DNA of 64,000 nucleotides, from NCBI GenBank assembly GCA_020631075.1, contig JAHDHX010000006.1:42243-106242 (forward strand). Reading direction: 5' to 3'. The notes beneath the pieces were generated by a model, which made no database searches, was not told the DNA's origin, and saw nothing but the letters and a program-made list of their open reading frames with translations. This DNA is from Candidatus Altimarinota bacterium (lineage in GTDB: Bacteria > Patescibacteriota > Gracilibacteria > UBA4473). Below are positions 28,436 to 38,255 of this stretch, in pieces. Every line of letters begins with the position of its first letter. Position 1 is the first letter of the stretch. The position numbers were made by a program, and so were the translations under genes.

Positions 28436-29518
28436 ATGACCACCTACGCTGACACAGGCGTCGACATCGCCGCAGGCGACCGCGCCAGCGCCGCCGCCTA
28501 CGCCGCCGCTCGGGCCACCTTCACCACCCGCCAGGGCCTCACAGGCACCGCCGCCGCTCTGGCAGGGGGCTACAGCGGCCTCATTGACATGGGTGACTAT
28601 TACCTCGTGCAAAACGACGACGGCGTCGGCACCAAAGCTAAAATCGCCCAAGCCACAGGGCACTACACCACCCTCGGCCACGACCTGCTCGCCATGGTGG
28701 TCGACGACGCCATCTGCATGGGCGCCGAAACCATCTCCATGACCAACACCATCGACGTCCACACCGTCGAGCACCCCGTGGTTGAGGGTCTCATGCACGG
28801 CCTCTCTGAAGCCTGCCAAGCCCAACGGGTGATAATCACTGGCGGCGAGATCGCCGAGCTCGGCGACATGGTTGATAATTTCACTTGGAACGCCTCCGCC
28901 CTCGGCATCGTAGCGAAAGACCGCGTCATCACTGGCCAGACCGTCAAGCCCCAGCAGAGCATCATCGCCCTTGGTTCGGCCATGTGGCGCTCCAATGGCT
29001 TCTCGCTCGTCCGCGGCATCTTGACAGACCTCTACGGCAGCGACTGGCATGACCGCCCCTGCCTCGACGGCACCCACACCTGGGGCGAAATCACCCTCAC
29101 GCCCTCACGCATCTTCAGCGCCTGCCTGCTTGACATGCTCGGCCGCCACGGCCAGCCTCGCCCCATCGCCATCGACGGCCTCGCCCACATCACGGGCGGC
29201 GGCATCACCAACCTCTTCCGCATTTTGAAGCACACCCAGCTCGGCGCCATCATCGACCAGCCCATCGCGCCCCCCGCCCCCATGCAAGAGCTCCAGCGGC
29301 TCGGCGCCGTCACCGACCGCGAAGCCTACACCGTCTGGAATATGGGCCTCGGGATGCTCCTCATCTCCGACCACCCCGACGACATCTTGGCCGTCGCCCA
29401 GCAGCACGCCATCCCCGCCCAAGTCATTGGCCACACCACCGCGGCCCACAGCACCATCCAGCTCACCTCCGCTGGGGTCGAGTCCCCGGGCCAGGTGCTC
29501 ACCTTCACCCATGCCTAA
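28436..29518 (+). CDS. purM: Phosphoribosylformylglycinamidine cyclo-ligase
   Basis: TYADTGVDI, DGVGTK, GGEIAE, SNGFSL, AHITGGG, NMGLG. Confidence 0.93.
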   Translation: MTTYADTGVDIAAGDRASAAAYAAARATFTTRQGLTGTAAALAGGYSGLIDMGDYYLVQNDDGVGTKAKIAQATGHYTTLGHDLLAMVVDDAICMGAETISMTNTIDVHTVEHPVVEGLMHGLSEACQAQRVIITGGEIAELGDMVDNFTWNASALGIVAKDRVITGQTVKPQQSIIALGSAMWRSNGFSLVRGILTDLYGSDWHDRPCLDGTHTWGEITLTPSRIFSACLLDMLGRHGQPRPIAIDGLAHITGGGITNLFRILKHTQLGAIIDQPIAPPAPMQELQRLGAVTDREAYTVWNMGLGMLLISDHPDDILAVAQQHAIPAQVIGHTTAAHSTIQLTSAGVESPGQVLTFTHA

Positions 29519-30128
29519 CCCTCGCCCACTGCGCGTCGCCGTGCTCGCCTCCACTCGGGCTACCACCTGGGGGCTAATGCTCGACTCCCCACCCGCCAGT
29601 TCCCCCTGCCCTGTCGAATGGGTCGGCCTCCTGACAGACCGCCCCACCTGTGGCGCGGTCACTCGGGCGCGGTCTCACGGTGTCCCCGTGTTCCCCCACC
29701 CCCGCCAGGGCAGGTCTCGCACAGCCATCGACCAGCATATCCTCGACGACCTCACCCCCCTCCAGCCAGACATCATCCTGATGATCGGCTACATGCGGAT
29801 CGTCAGCCCACTGCTCACCAGTGCCTTTGCAGGCCGCCTGTGGAATGTCCACCCCTCACTCCTCCCCGCCCACGCAGGCGGCATGGACACCAACGTCCAC
29901 CAGCAAGTCCTCGACAGCGGCGACCCCGAGTCAGGCTGCACCGTGCACCTCGTCACCCCCGAGGTCGACGCTGGCCGTCACCTCGTGCAGCTGCGCTGCC
30001 CCGTGCTGTCGTCCGACACCCCCCAGTCACTCAAAGACCGCATCCAGCAACTCGAAGCCCAAGCCTTCTGGCAAGCCCTCACCCATCACACCACCAGCAC
30101 CCCCTCCAGCCAGTCCCCCACCGCATAA
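29511..30128 (+). CDS. purN: Phosphoribosylglycinamide formyltransferase
   Basis: [28 protein letters not shown]. Confidence 0.92.
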   Translation: MPNPRPLRVAVLASTRATTWGLMLDSPPASSPCPVEWVGLLTDRPTCGAVTRARSHGVPVFPHPRQGRSRTAIDQHILDDLTPLQPDIILMIGYMRIVSPLLTSAFAGRLWNVHPSLLPAHAGGMDTNVHQQVLDSGDPESGCTVHLVTPEVDAGRHLVQLRCPVLSSDTPQSLKDRIQQLEAQAFWQALTHHTTSTPSSQSPTA

Positions 30129-30587
30129 GCCACCCCCGCCGCCACCACCCCCAGTCCCACCGTTTGCACCATCGCCCGCCACAGGGCGATGCCTTCGGTG
30201 CGTGCTCGCAGCAGCCCGATCAGCCCCCAGCAACGTCAGCCCCACCACCAGACGGAAATCAGGCACCCCCCAGCCCCCCCACCACGCCAGCACATAGCCC
30301 GACACAGGCACCAGTCCCACCAGCACAAAAGCCCCAAGCGTCACCACTCCCGCAACCAGCGGCACTTTGTGGATGTCTCTGTCCGCCTGCACAGACAGAT
30401 AACTCCCTATCCCCATGCTCAGTCCATCCGCCAGCAAATTCGCCAGCCCAAGGATGAGTATCACCCGCGTCCCCAGCCCCGCCCCGACCGCCCCCGACAC
30501 CACCGCAAAGGTCGTCACCACACCGTCTATCCCCCCATACACCATCTCTCCGGTGTATTTCCGCCAGCCAGTCATTAGATTGTTCAT
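30086..30587 (-). pseudogene. VIT1/CCC1 family transporter interrupted by a frameshift in a G5 run
   Basis: [15 protein letters not shown]...[18 protein letters not shown]. After GLTLLG the family-like tail (LIGLLRA...[16 protein letters not shown]) continues in another frame; shift at 30224-30228. Confidence 0.75.
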
Positions 30588-30740
30588 CCCTCCCATTGTG
30601 CCCGCCCCAGCCCAGTCGCCAACTCTCCCCGCGTCAGTTTTTTCACCCCTGCCCCAGTTTTCTCTTCCCCCCACAAAATACTTTCCCCACCCCCAAAAAC
30701 TCTTATACTCGCAATTATACCTCCTTTTCCCCACTCCCTC

Positions 30741-31979
30741 ATGTTCACCCTCACCCCCGCGCTCCAGTCCCCCCACCTGTGCCGCGTCCGCACCCTGACC
30801 AGCTTCATCACCCTCACCCCCGACAGCCACCAATGGCCAGACATCATCACCACCGCTGGCCAGCAGCTCGACACCCTCCGCCAGCAACTCACCACGCTTG
30901 GCTACACAGTGCAGACACTCCGCCTCGTCACCAATCCCTTCGGGCAATACCTCGACACCAGCACCGAAGCCAGCACGCTCCGCGCCTTGGCCCACATCCA
31001 GTCCATTCTGGAGTCCCCCACCATGCCCCAAACGGTCCGCATCCGCTTTGCCCTCGGGGCCGCCACCCCCGACACACTGCACCTCGTCCCCGCGCTCATC
31101 CAGCACTTTGGCGACTACGCTAATGTTTGCCTCAACGTCCCCGACACTGGCCACGCCGTGCCCGACTCCGCGCTCACCCAGCGCGCCGCCCAGATCATCC
31201 AAACCCTCAGTCAGTCCACCCCCCGCGGCGAAGGCAACTTCAATTTCACCGTCAACTACAACTGCCCCGAGTTCATCCCCTACTTCCCCGCCAGCTACCA
31301 TCTAGGGAGTGAGAGTCACAGTCTTGTCCTCGGGCTCGAGTCCACCGACCTCCTCTACCAAACCCTCCAGTGCCTCCCCCCAACACAAAGCACCAGCGCC
31401 CACTACCAGCTCGCCGCCCGGGCCCTCACCACCAGCCTCCAGCACCACGTCGACCAGCTCATCCCCACCGTCCAGTCCTTCTGCCACGCGCACGGCCTCA
31501 CCTTCCGCGGGCTCGACTCTTCCGCCGCCCCATCGCCTGACTGTCACTCCATCGTCGACCTCTACCAGTCACTCGGCGTCCCCCACTTCGGGGCCGCAGG
31601 CTCTTTGACCGTCAGCGCCCTCCTTACCCGCGTGTTCAAATCCCTCCAGCGTGTTCCCCTCGTCGGGTTCAGCGGGCTCATGCTCGCCGCCCTCGAAGAC
31701 CGCGGCCTCGCCCGTGACGCCGCCGCAGGGCACTACGACATCCGCACCTTCTTGGCCAACTCCGCCGTCTGCGGCATCGGGATCGACACGGTCCCCATCC
31801 CCGCCGACACCCCGCTTGACCGCCTCACCGCCATCATGCTCGACACCGGCACCCTCGCCTTCCGCCTCCGTAAACCCCTCACCGTCCGCCTTTTCCCCGC
31901 CGCGGGGCTAAGCGCTGGCCAGCTGACCCAGTTCCAGTCACCCGACCTCTGCAACTGTGGCGTCCTCGCCGTTGAGTAA
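30741..31979 (+). CDS. DUF711 family protein
   Basis: [53 protein letters not shown]. Confidence 0.85.
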   Translation: MFTLTPALQSPHLCRVRTLTSFITLTPDSHQWPDIITTAGQQLDTLRQQLTTLGYTVQTLRLVTNPFGQYLDTSTEASTLRALAHIQSILESPTMPQTVRIRFALGAATPDTLHLVPALIQHFGDYANVCLNVPDTGHAVPDSALTQRAAQIIQTLSQSTPRGEGNFNFTVNYNCPEFIPYFPASYHLGSESHSLVLGLESTDLLYQTLQCLPPTQSTSAHYQLAARALTTSLQHHVDQLIPTVQSFCHAHGLTFRGLDSSAAPSPDCHSIVDLYQSLGVPHFGAAGSLTVSALLTRVFKSLQRVPLVGFSGLMLAALEDRGLARDAAAGHYDIRTFLANSAVCGIGIDTVPIPADTPLDRLTAIMLDTGTLAFRLRKPLTVRLFPAAGLSAGQLTQFQSPDLCNCGVLAVE

Positions 31980-32005
31980 TCGAAAGCCCACAAAATATTC
32001 ACACC

Positions 32006-32040
32006 AAAAAAGCCCCTCATCCGAGGGGCCTTTTTTGTTT
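32006..32040. terminator. Bidirectional Rho-independent terminator
   Basis: A-run, GCCCCTC-ATCC-GAGGGGC, T-run, between convergent genes. Confidence 0.8.
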
Positions 32041-32055
32041 GAGAAATCTACCTCC

Positions 32056-32385
32056 CTAAAACGGCAAATCTTCAGGGCTCAGTTCTGGCTCAGTCTCCAG
32101 CGGCGCTGGGGTCGGGGCCGTGTCAGCAGCCGCCCCTTGCAGGCTCGGCGGCACCTGTTCTTCCCGCTGTTCGGGCTTCCACGTGTCTATCACCGCGTAG
32201 TGCGTCATACCCTTCGCACTCGGTTCCCGTCGCTCAAAAAAAGCCAAATTCACCCACCCCCGATCGAGGTGCTGCTGCATTGTTTTCAGGTCTTCCTCTG
32301 TGAAGGAATACTTCAAAATACCACCATACTGCGTCTGGATTTGTTTCCCCGTCCCGACATAGATTTTTTGTTTATCGTCCGCCAT
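32056..32385 (-). CDS. Hypothetical protein with SSB-like acidic tail
   Basis: About 70-aa beta-rich core (KIYVGTGK...THYAVIDTWKP), a Pro/Ala/Glu linker, and a C-terminus of EDLPF. Confidence 0.7.
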   Translation of the reverse strand: MADDKQKIYVGTGKQIQTQYGGILKYSFTEEDLKTMQQHLDRGWVNLAFFERREPSAKGMTHYAVIDTWKPEQREEQVPPSLQGAAADTAPTPAPLETEPELSPEDLPF

Positions 32386-32479
32386 AGTGCTGTAAGAGTT
32401 AAGAGAAGAGATAATTCACCCCCCACCCTAGCCACTCACCCATTTGCCCGCAAGTCAACCCCGCTCTACACTCCCACAC

Positions 32480-35059
32480 GTGAACCCCCTCCCCCACCTC
32501 CGACACCTTTGCTTGGGCCTGCTCGCCAGTGCCCTGCTGGTCGGGGCGTGGGTGTTTCCGCTACGACAGCAGCGCACCGCCCCCCCCATCACCCCTCCGT
32601 TCGAGTGCCTCAGCTACGACCCCAGCTTTCACATCCCCCACTTCGACCCCAAATCCAACGCCACCGTCCCCCCAGATTTGATCGCCCACGACCTTGATTT
32701 TTTGCAGCAGTTCACGCCCTGCATCCGCATCTACACCACTATGCGCGGGCTCGACGCCCTGCCCGCCCTCGCGGCGGAGCGCCGCCTCAGCGTCATCCTT
32801 GGCGTCTGGCTCGATGGTGAGTACCCAGACCGCAGCCAAGCCGACCTCGACCGAGCCATCCAGCTCGCCCAGCAGCACCCCGACACCATCACCAAAGTCA
32901 TCATCGGCAACGAAGTCCTCCTCTTCGACACCCTCGAAATCGACGATCTGCTCACCACCCTCCGCGAAGCCAAATCTCAGTTCACCCAGCCCCTCTCCTA
33001 CGCCGACGTCCCCAGTGAATGGATCGCCCATCCCCAGCTGTTTACCGTCGTGGACTACGTCACCCTCCACTCTTTTCCCTACTGGGACGGCGTCCCCCCC
33101 ACCCAGGCCGTCAACGCCCTGTTGAAGCAAAAACAAAACCTAGAAGAATTTTCAGGTCTCCCTGTCTTTTTGGGGGAGGTCGGCTGGCCATCGGAAGGAT
33201 TTTCTCGCGGGGTGGCGACGGCCACAGGGGTCGGCCAGGGCGAGTTCTTGCGCAACTTCCTCACCGAAGCCCATCGGCTCGACATCCGCTACAACCTCAT
33301 CGAAGCCTTCGACCAACCGTGGAAACTCTTCTCGCAGGAGGGCCGCACTGGGGCCCACTGGGGCCTTTTCACCCACACCCACCTGCCCAAGTTCCCCTTC
33401 ACGGGCCCCCTCTCCCCCCAGTCACCGCTGCCCTTGTCCGTGGTCATCACCCTCAGCCTCCTCACGTTTCTGTGGGGGCTCTGGTGGGCGCGGCCTTTGC
33501 ACTGTCACGGCCAGCTGTTTGTGCACCTCACGCTGCAGTCTCTGCTCTACGTCGCCTTGACGCTCACCCACACCCTCGTGACAGAGTACATGCTCCAGTC
33601 ATGGCTCGTCTGGGTCTGGGTCATCCCCCCACAGTTGTTTTTGTCCGTGGTCTACCTCGGCCTCGTGCGTGACGCCAGTCACATCATCGGTGATTATGTC
33701 CTCCAGCGCCCCACGCCCCCGCCCACCGACCAGCCAGCTGAATCAGCATTGCCCTTTGTCTCCATCCACGTCCCCTGCCGTGACGAACCCCCCCAGCAAG
33801 TCATCGCCACCCTCACCGCGCTCAGTCAGCTCGACTACCCCCACTTTGAGGTCCTCGCCCTTGACAATAATTCCACTCGCCCCCACCACTGGGCAGAAGT
33901 CACCACCGCCTGTGCCGCCCTCCCCCACGTCCAGTGCCACCAGGTCGCGTCCATTGAAGGCTTCAAAGCAGGCGCGTTGAATCACCTCCTCACCCTCACC
34001 GACCCTCGTGCCCAGCTCATCGCCGTCGTCGACGCTGACTATGTTGTTGCCCCCCAGTGGCTCTCGCTGGCCGTCCCCCATTTTCACGACTCCGCCACCG
34101 CCGTGGTGCAGTGCCCCCAGCGGCACCTGTTCGCCACTGATGATACCTTCCAGACCACCCTCCATGACGAACTCAACCTCTTCTTCGAGCTCGGCATGGT
34201 CCAGCGCGACGCGCCCAACTCCCTCATCCAGCACGGCACCATGACCCTCATCCGACGCTCCACCCTCCACGCCGTCGGTGACTGGGCCACGTGGTGCCTC
34301 TGCGAAGACGCCGACCTCGGCCTCCGTCTCCAGTCCGCTGGCCATCAGGTCATCTACTTGCACCAGTCACTCGGCCACGGCCTCCTCCCCGCCACCCCCA
34401 CCGCCTATGAGTCCCAACGCGCCCGCTGGGCCTACGGTGCCGTCACCATTTTGCAGCGTCACTGGCGCACCTTCTTCGGCTGGCGCTCCCCGCTCTCCCT
34501 CCGCCAACGCGCTGACTACGTCCTCGGCTGGCTCCCATGGCTGGGCGACGCCCTCTTTCCTATCTTCGCCGTCCTCGGGCTCATCGGCGTCCTCATCGCT
34601 CATATTAATGTCCGCTACCTCCCCCCCGTCCAGCTCTTCTACGGCCTACTTCTGTTTTGGGTCGTGCGCACCGTGGCAGGGCTGCTGACCACCCGCCGCC
34701 GCACCGCGCTCCCGTGGCCACGCCTGCTCAGGGCCCAGGTCTCCGCCGCCTCACTCACCTACGCCATCGCTCACGGGGTCTTCTTGGCCCTCAGCCGCCA
34801 GCCCTACGTTTTCCATGTCACCCAGAAGGGCCACTCCACCCACTCCACCCAGCCCACGCCGCCCACCGCCCCCCTCTGGCAGCGGATAGACCTCCAGATC
34901 GGCCTCACCACCCTCACCCTCAGCGCCCTCCTCCTACTTCGCTATGGCCCCGCCCATCTCGAAGTCCGCACTTGGTGCCTCGGCGTCATCGTCCTGTGCT
35001 TGCCCATGCTCGCTTCACTCTGGCTTGCCAAGATTGACAAGTTAAAATATGAGAATTAG
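32480..35059 (+). CDS. GH17 glucanase/transglycosylase - GT2 glycosyltransferase fusion (NdvB-like beta-glucan synthase)
   Basis: IRIY, IIGNEVL, GEVGWPSEG, EAFDQPWK, AHWG (GH17); VSIHVP, GFKAGALN, DADY, HGTM, CEDADLG, QRARW (GT2); flanking TM helices. Confidence 0.9.
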   Translation: MNPLPHLRHLCLGLLASALLVGAWVFPLRQQRTAPPITPPFECLSYDPSFHIPHFDPKSNATVPPDLIAHDLDFLQQFTPCIRIYTTMRGLDALPALAAERRLSVILGVWLDGEYPDRSQADLDRAIQLAQQHPDTITKVIIGNEVLLFDTLEIDDLLTTLREAKSQFTQPLSYADVPSEWIAHPQLFTVVDYVTLHSFPYWDGVPPTQAVNALLKQKQNLEEFSGLPVFLGEVGWPSEGFSRGVATATGVGQGEFLRNFLTEAHRLDIRYNLIEAFDQPWKLFSQEGRTGAHWGLFTHTHLPKFPFTGPLSPQSPLPLSVVITLSLLTFLWGLWWARPLHCHGQLFVHLTLQSLLYVALTLTHTLVTEYMLQSWLVWVWVIPPQLFLSVVYLGLVRDASHIIGDYVLQRPTPPPTDQPAESALPFVSIHVPCRDEPPQQVIATLTALSQLDYPHFEVLALDNNSTRPHHWAEVTTACAALPHVQCHQVASIEGFKAGALNHLLTLTDPRAQLIAVVDADYVVAPQWLSLAVPHFHDSATAVVQCPQRHLFATDDTFQTTLHDELNLFFELGMVQRDAPNSLIQHGTMTLIRRSTLHAVGDWATWCLCEDADLGLRLQSAGHQVIYLHQSLGHGLLPATPTAYESQRARWAYGAVTILQRHWRTFFGWRSPLSLRQRADYVLGWLPWLGDALFPIFAVLGLIGVLIAHINVRYLPPVQLFYGLLLFWVVRTVAGLLTTRRRTALPWPRLLRAQVSAASLTYAIAHGVFLALSRQPYVFHVTQKGHSTHSTQPTPPTAPLWQRIDLQIGLTTLTLSALLLLRYGPAHLEVRTWCLGVIVLCLPMLASLWLAKIDKLKYEN

Positions 35060-35068
35060 AAATAGATT

Positions 35069-35563
35069 ATGAGCCTCAGCGCTATCAAAGATCTCCAGTC
35101 TTGGTACCACACCAGCCAGAAGAGACTCAACTGGCACCTTTCCCAGCTCCAAGAACCACAAATCCACACCCCACTCACCCCCAAAGGGAACTCTATCGCC
35201 GTCCTCGTGCAGCACATCTGTGGCAATCTTCAGCAATACATTTGCCACGGTGTGAATGTTGACGAGGACATCCGCGATCGAACGGCCGAATTCCAAGATC
35301 AAAACTTCACTCTCTCACAACTTAGAGCATTGCTTCACACTACCACCACTCAGGTCGACGAAATTCTCGCCAACCTCCAAGAGCACCAACTGACTGAAGA
35401 ACGCAAAATCCAAAATATGCCATTTACAGTCCAAAAGGCTATCATCCACAGCCTCACCCATTTTTGTGGCCACGTCGAGCAAATCGTCCTGATCAGCAAC
35501 ATCCTCACCCAAAACCAAATTTCATACTATCGCCCTCTAGGTCTCGACATCCACCACCCTTAA
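35069..35563 (+). CDS. DinB/DUF1572 family protein
   Basis: NSIAVLVQHICGNL, RDRTAEF, H..THFCGHVEQI. Confidence 0.8.
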   Translation: MSLSAIKDLQSWYHTSQKRLNWHLSQLQEPQIHTPLTPKGNSIAVLVQHICGNLQQYICHGVNVDEDIRDRTAEFQDQNFTLSQLRALLHTTTTQVDEILANLQEHQLTEERKIQNMPFTVQKAIIHSLTHFCGHVEQIVLISNILTQNQISYYRPLGLDIHHP

Positions 35564-35749
35564 GGAAACACTAATAAACTCAAAAGGAGGTGAAAACAAT
35601 TGAGAAAAAGTCGCCATCAAAAAAGGATCTTTGGGGTGCTTTTTCACTCCAGAACCGTCACGGGGTCGAGAGACCCCGTGAGAACCTGTCGCAAAAAATC
35701 TTCCCCAAATTCCTCTTTTTGTGATCAGCGAGAGTGTATCAGTGTTTCC
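35564..35749. mobile_element. MITE-like repeat, copy 3 (inverted relative to copies 1 and 2)
   Basis: TIRs GGAAACACTAATA/TATCAGTGTTTCC with perfect TTAA direct repeats at 35560-35563 and 35750-35753. Confidence 0.85.
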
Positions 35750-35762
35750 TTAAACATCCTCC

Positions 35763-36644
35763 TTAAACAACCCCCCGCACCCGCTGGTCATGCGCCTCCA
35801 TCGGCACATCTGTCCGCACCGCCCACTCGGGCAGCACACACACCGTCATCACCGCAGGGGGCAGCTCAGTCAGCCATCGGTCATAGTACCCCCCTCCCCG
35901 CCCCAGCCTCGCGCCGTCTGGGGTGGCGGCCACCGCTGGCACCAGTACCAGGTCATTCTCACTCGGCTCCCCCACTCGCTCCGCCGTGCTCGGTGGTTCC
36001 AGCAGCCCATAGCTACCAGGCTCCAGCTGCCCTATTTCGCATTCTCCCCATTTGAGTACTTTTCCCGCCACCCGCGGCCACACCCAGCGCACATCACCCA
36101 GCTCCTGCGCTATCTGCCGCCGCACGTCCAGCTCGTCGGCCCGCGGCGCATACGCCCACACTCGGTCATATTCCCGCAGGTTCACCCGCGCCGTCAGCCG
36201 CGCATACGCTTCTTGCTCCAGAGCTTGCTTTTCCTCGGGGCTCACCACCGCCCAGCGGGCCGCGACCTGTCGGCGCAGCCACCCCTTGCGCCCCTGCACT
36301 ATGTCCCGCTCTATCTGCGTGTACAGCACATCCCCATTGGGGAATTTCTTCACCCCCCGCAGCCAGCCCTCCACCCGCACCTTGACCTCTTGGCCATATA
36401 TCACCCGCGCAAAATCCAAAATATGCACCTCCACCGTCTGCGCCTCGTCGAAAGTCAACCGCCGCCCACAGTGGAGCACTCCGCCATATTGCTGGCGTTC
36501 GTGGGTGACCGTCACGTCATACACCCCCTCTCGCAGGTCAGGCCGCTGCCCCAGTTCAAACCCGAGGTTCGCCGTCGCCACCCCAAATTTCTCCCCCACG
36601 TTCGCCCCCGCTATCACCCGCCCGACAAATTCCACCCCCTTCAT
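35763..36644 (-). CDS. Riboflavin kinase domain fused to 5-formyltetrahydrofolate cyclo-ligase
   Basis: N-half: GEKFGVATANL, VEVHILDF..IYG, LRGVKKF...QIERDI. C-half: YGLLEP, LVLVPAVA, RLGRGGGYYDRWL, PMEAHD. Confidence 0.85.
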   Translation of the reverse strand: MKGVEFVGRVIAGANVGEKFGVATANLGFELGQRPDLREGVYDVTVTHERQQYGGVLHCGRRLTFDEAQTVEVHILDFARVIYGQEVKVRVEGWLRGVKKFPNGDVLYTQIERDIVQGRKGWLRRQVAARWAVVSPEEKQALEQEAYARLTARVNLREYDRVWAYAPRADELDVRRQIAQELGDVRWVWPRVAGKVLKWGECEIGQLEPGSYGLLEPPSTAERVGEPSENDLVLVPAVAATPDGARLGRGGGYYDRWLTELPPAVMTVCVLPEWAVRTDVPMEAHDQRVRGVV

Positions 36645-36766
36645 AGCCCTTGCTGACTCAGCGTTTCAGTCATCGGCAGCGCTCCTTCCTTCGCTTCCGC
36701 CACCAGCCAAAACCCCACCGTCAGCACCACCGCCATCCCGCCCAAGATCAACAACTTCGTGTCCAT
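36641..36766 (-). CDS. 41-aa single-pass membrane peptide
   Basis: MDTKLLILGGMAVVLTVGFWLVAEAKEG...; lies between pyrE and the fusion gene with an ATGA overlap. Confidence 0.55.
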   Translation of the reverse strand: MDTKLLILGGMAVVLTVGFWLVAEAKEGALPMTETLSQQGL

Positions 36767-36783
36767 AGTTTTTTTAAAAATTT

Positions 36784-37419
36784 TTAAGAAGAAAACTCTC
36801 CCGCATACCCCGCAGGGTCAGCCTGAAACCGCTCCAGCTTGGCCGCTTGCGCCGCTGTCACTTGTCTTGCATTTTGCAGCGCGGCCACTATCTCGGCAAA
36901 ATCCGCATAGACCGTCAGCGAGAGTCCCGCCTCAGCTAGGTTTTCCGCCGACCCCGCCGCCCCCCAGGTAAAGACCCCCAGCACATCACGCACCGCCACC
37001 CCCAGTTCCCCGCGCAGCGCTTCAGCAGACCGCACCACCGACCCCCCCGTCGAGATCGCATCTTCCACCACCAGCACCCGCTCCCCCGCGTCACAGCGCC
37101 CTTCCACCATTTTCCCCGCCCCGTGGCCTTTGGGCTTCGACCGCACATACAGCATCGGCAGCTGGAGTCGGTCCGCCACCCACGCCGCCCAAGGGATCCC
37201 CGCCGTCGCCGTCCCCGCGATCACCGTCGGTGGCTCAGGCAGCGCCGCTATGGTGGCCAGCATCCGCTCCAGCACGAATTCCCGCACCTTCGGCAGGCTG
37301 ATCAGCTCCCGACAATCACAATAAATCGGACTCCGCACCCCACTCGTCCAGGTGAAGCCCGATTCAAAGTCGGTCCGCACCACCCCCGCGTTTACTAGTG
37401 CCTGCGCTATCTCCTGCAT
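36784..37419 (-). CDS. pyrE: Orotate phosphoribosyltransferase
   Basis: FTWTSGVRSPIYCDCR, GTATAGIP, YVRSKPKGHG, VVEDAISTGGS. Confidence 0.95.
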   Translation of the reverse strand: MQEIAQALVNAGVVRTDFESGFTWTSGVRSPIYCDCRELISLPKVREFVLERMLATIAALPEPPTVIAGTATAGIPWAAWVADRLQLPMLYVRSKPKGHGAGKMVEGRCDAGERVLVVEDAISTGGSVVRSAEALRGELGVAVRDVLGVFTWGAAGSAENLAEAGLSLTVYADFAEIVAALQNARQVTAAQAAKLERFQADPAGYAGEFSS

Positions 37420-37505
37420 AGAGGCTTTTTTCAAAAATTTTCAACGCCCAATCTAGCCCCCCTTTCCCTTGCGTCCAGCCCATTCCTGGCAAATAATCCC
37501 CTCCC

Positions 37506-38237
37506 ATGGAATTCACCACCACCGAGCTCTGGCTCACCCTCCTGCACACCGCCGCCACCATCATTTCCAGCATCACCGGCTTCGGGGGGATGCTCCTCTT
37601 CTTCGGCCTCGGTTCATTCCTCCTCCCCGACGTCAAAGTCCTCCTGTTCCTCTCCGCCATCTCCGGCTGGTTCAAGGTTCTCACCTCCGCCTACCTCTTC
37701 CGCGCCGACATCCAGTGGCCAATCGTCCGCCGCACCCTCCTCTACGGGTTTCCGTTCACCGCGGTCGGCGCCTACCTCAATGGCTTCATCTCCAGTCGCC
37801 TGTTCCAGCTCCTCATCGGGGCCTTCATCTTGCTCTTTTTGCTCTCACGGTCATTTCCCCCGCACCGCCGCCCTCGCCTCACCCTGCAATCCCCTGCCCT
37901 GGCCCCCAGCTTGGGCGTCTGGGGGTTCATCTCGGGGCTCGTCGGTGCGGGTGGCCCCATCATCGTGGCGATTATGCAAGCCCTCTCCCTCCCCAAACGC
38001 GCCTTCGTCGCCACTCTCCAGCTCCTGTTTTTGATCTCCATCTCTATCAAAGGCCCCTTCTACTACCACGTCCCCTCCCCCTACACCGACAACCTCCCAC
38101 TGATCTCCCTCTTCATCGTCCTTTCCATCCTCGGCTCATTCATCGGCAAAGCCCTCAATGACCGCCTCTCCGAATCATTCTTCCAGAAACTTGTCATCAC
38201 CCTCCTGTTCATCTCCGCCATCAACCTCCTGCTCTAG
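37506..38237 (+). CDS. TauE/SafE (TSUP) family membrane exporter
   Basis: ITGFGG, GFISGLVGAGGP, about 8 TM segments, GSFIGK. Confidence 0.85.
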   Translation: MEFTTTELWLTLLHTAATIISSITGFGGMLLFFGLGSFLLPDVKVLLFLSAISGWFKVLTSAYLFRADIQWPIVRRTLLYGFPFTAVGAYLNGFISSRLFQLLIGAFILLFLLSRSFPPHRRPRLTLQSPALAPSLGVWGFISGLVGAGGPIIVAIMQALSLPKRAFVATLQLLFLISISIKGPFYYHVPSPYTDNLPLISLFIVLSILGSFIGKALNDRLSESFFQKLVITLLFISAINLLL

Positions 38238-38255
38238 CCCCCTCAGTTGTTACCC

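Noticed and set aside
35600..36055. Protein encoded by the MITE (also ORF 8127-8549)
   Set aside because: These frames run antisense into real genes and share similarity only because of the repeat; no transposase motifs.
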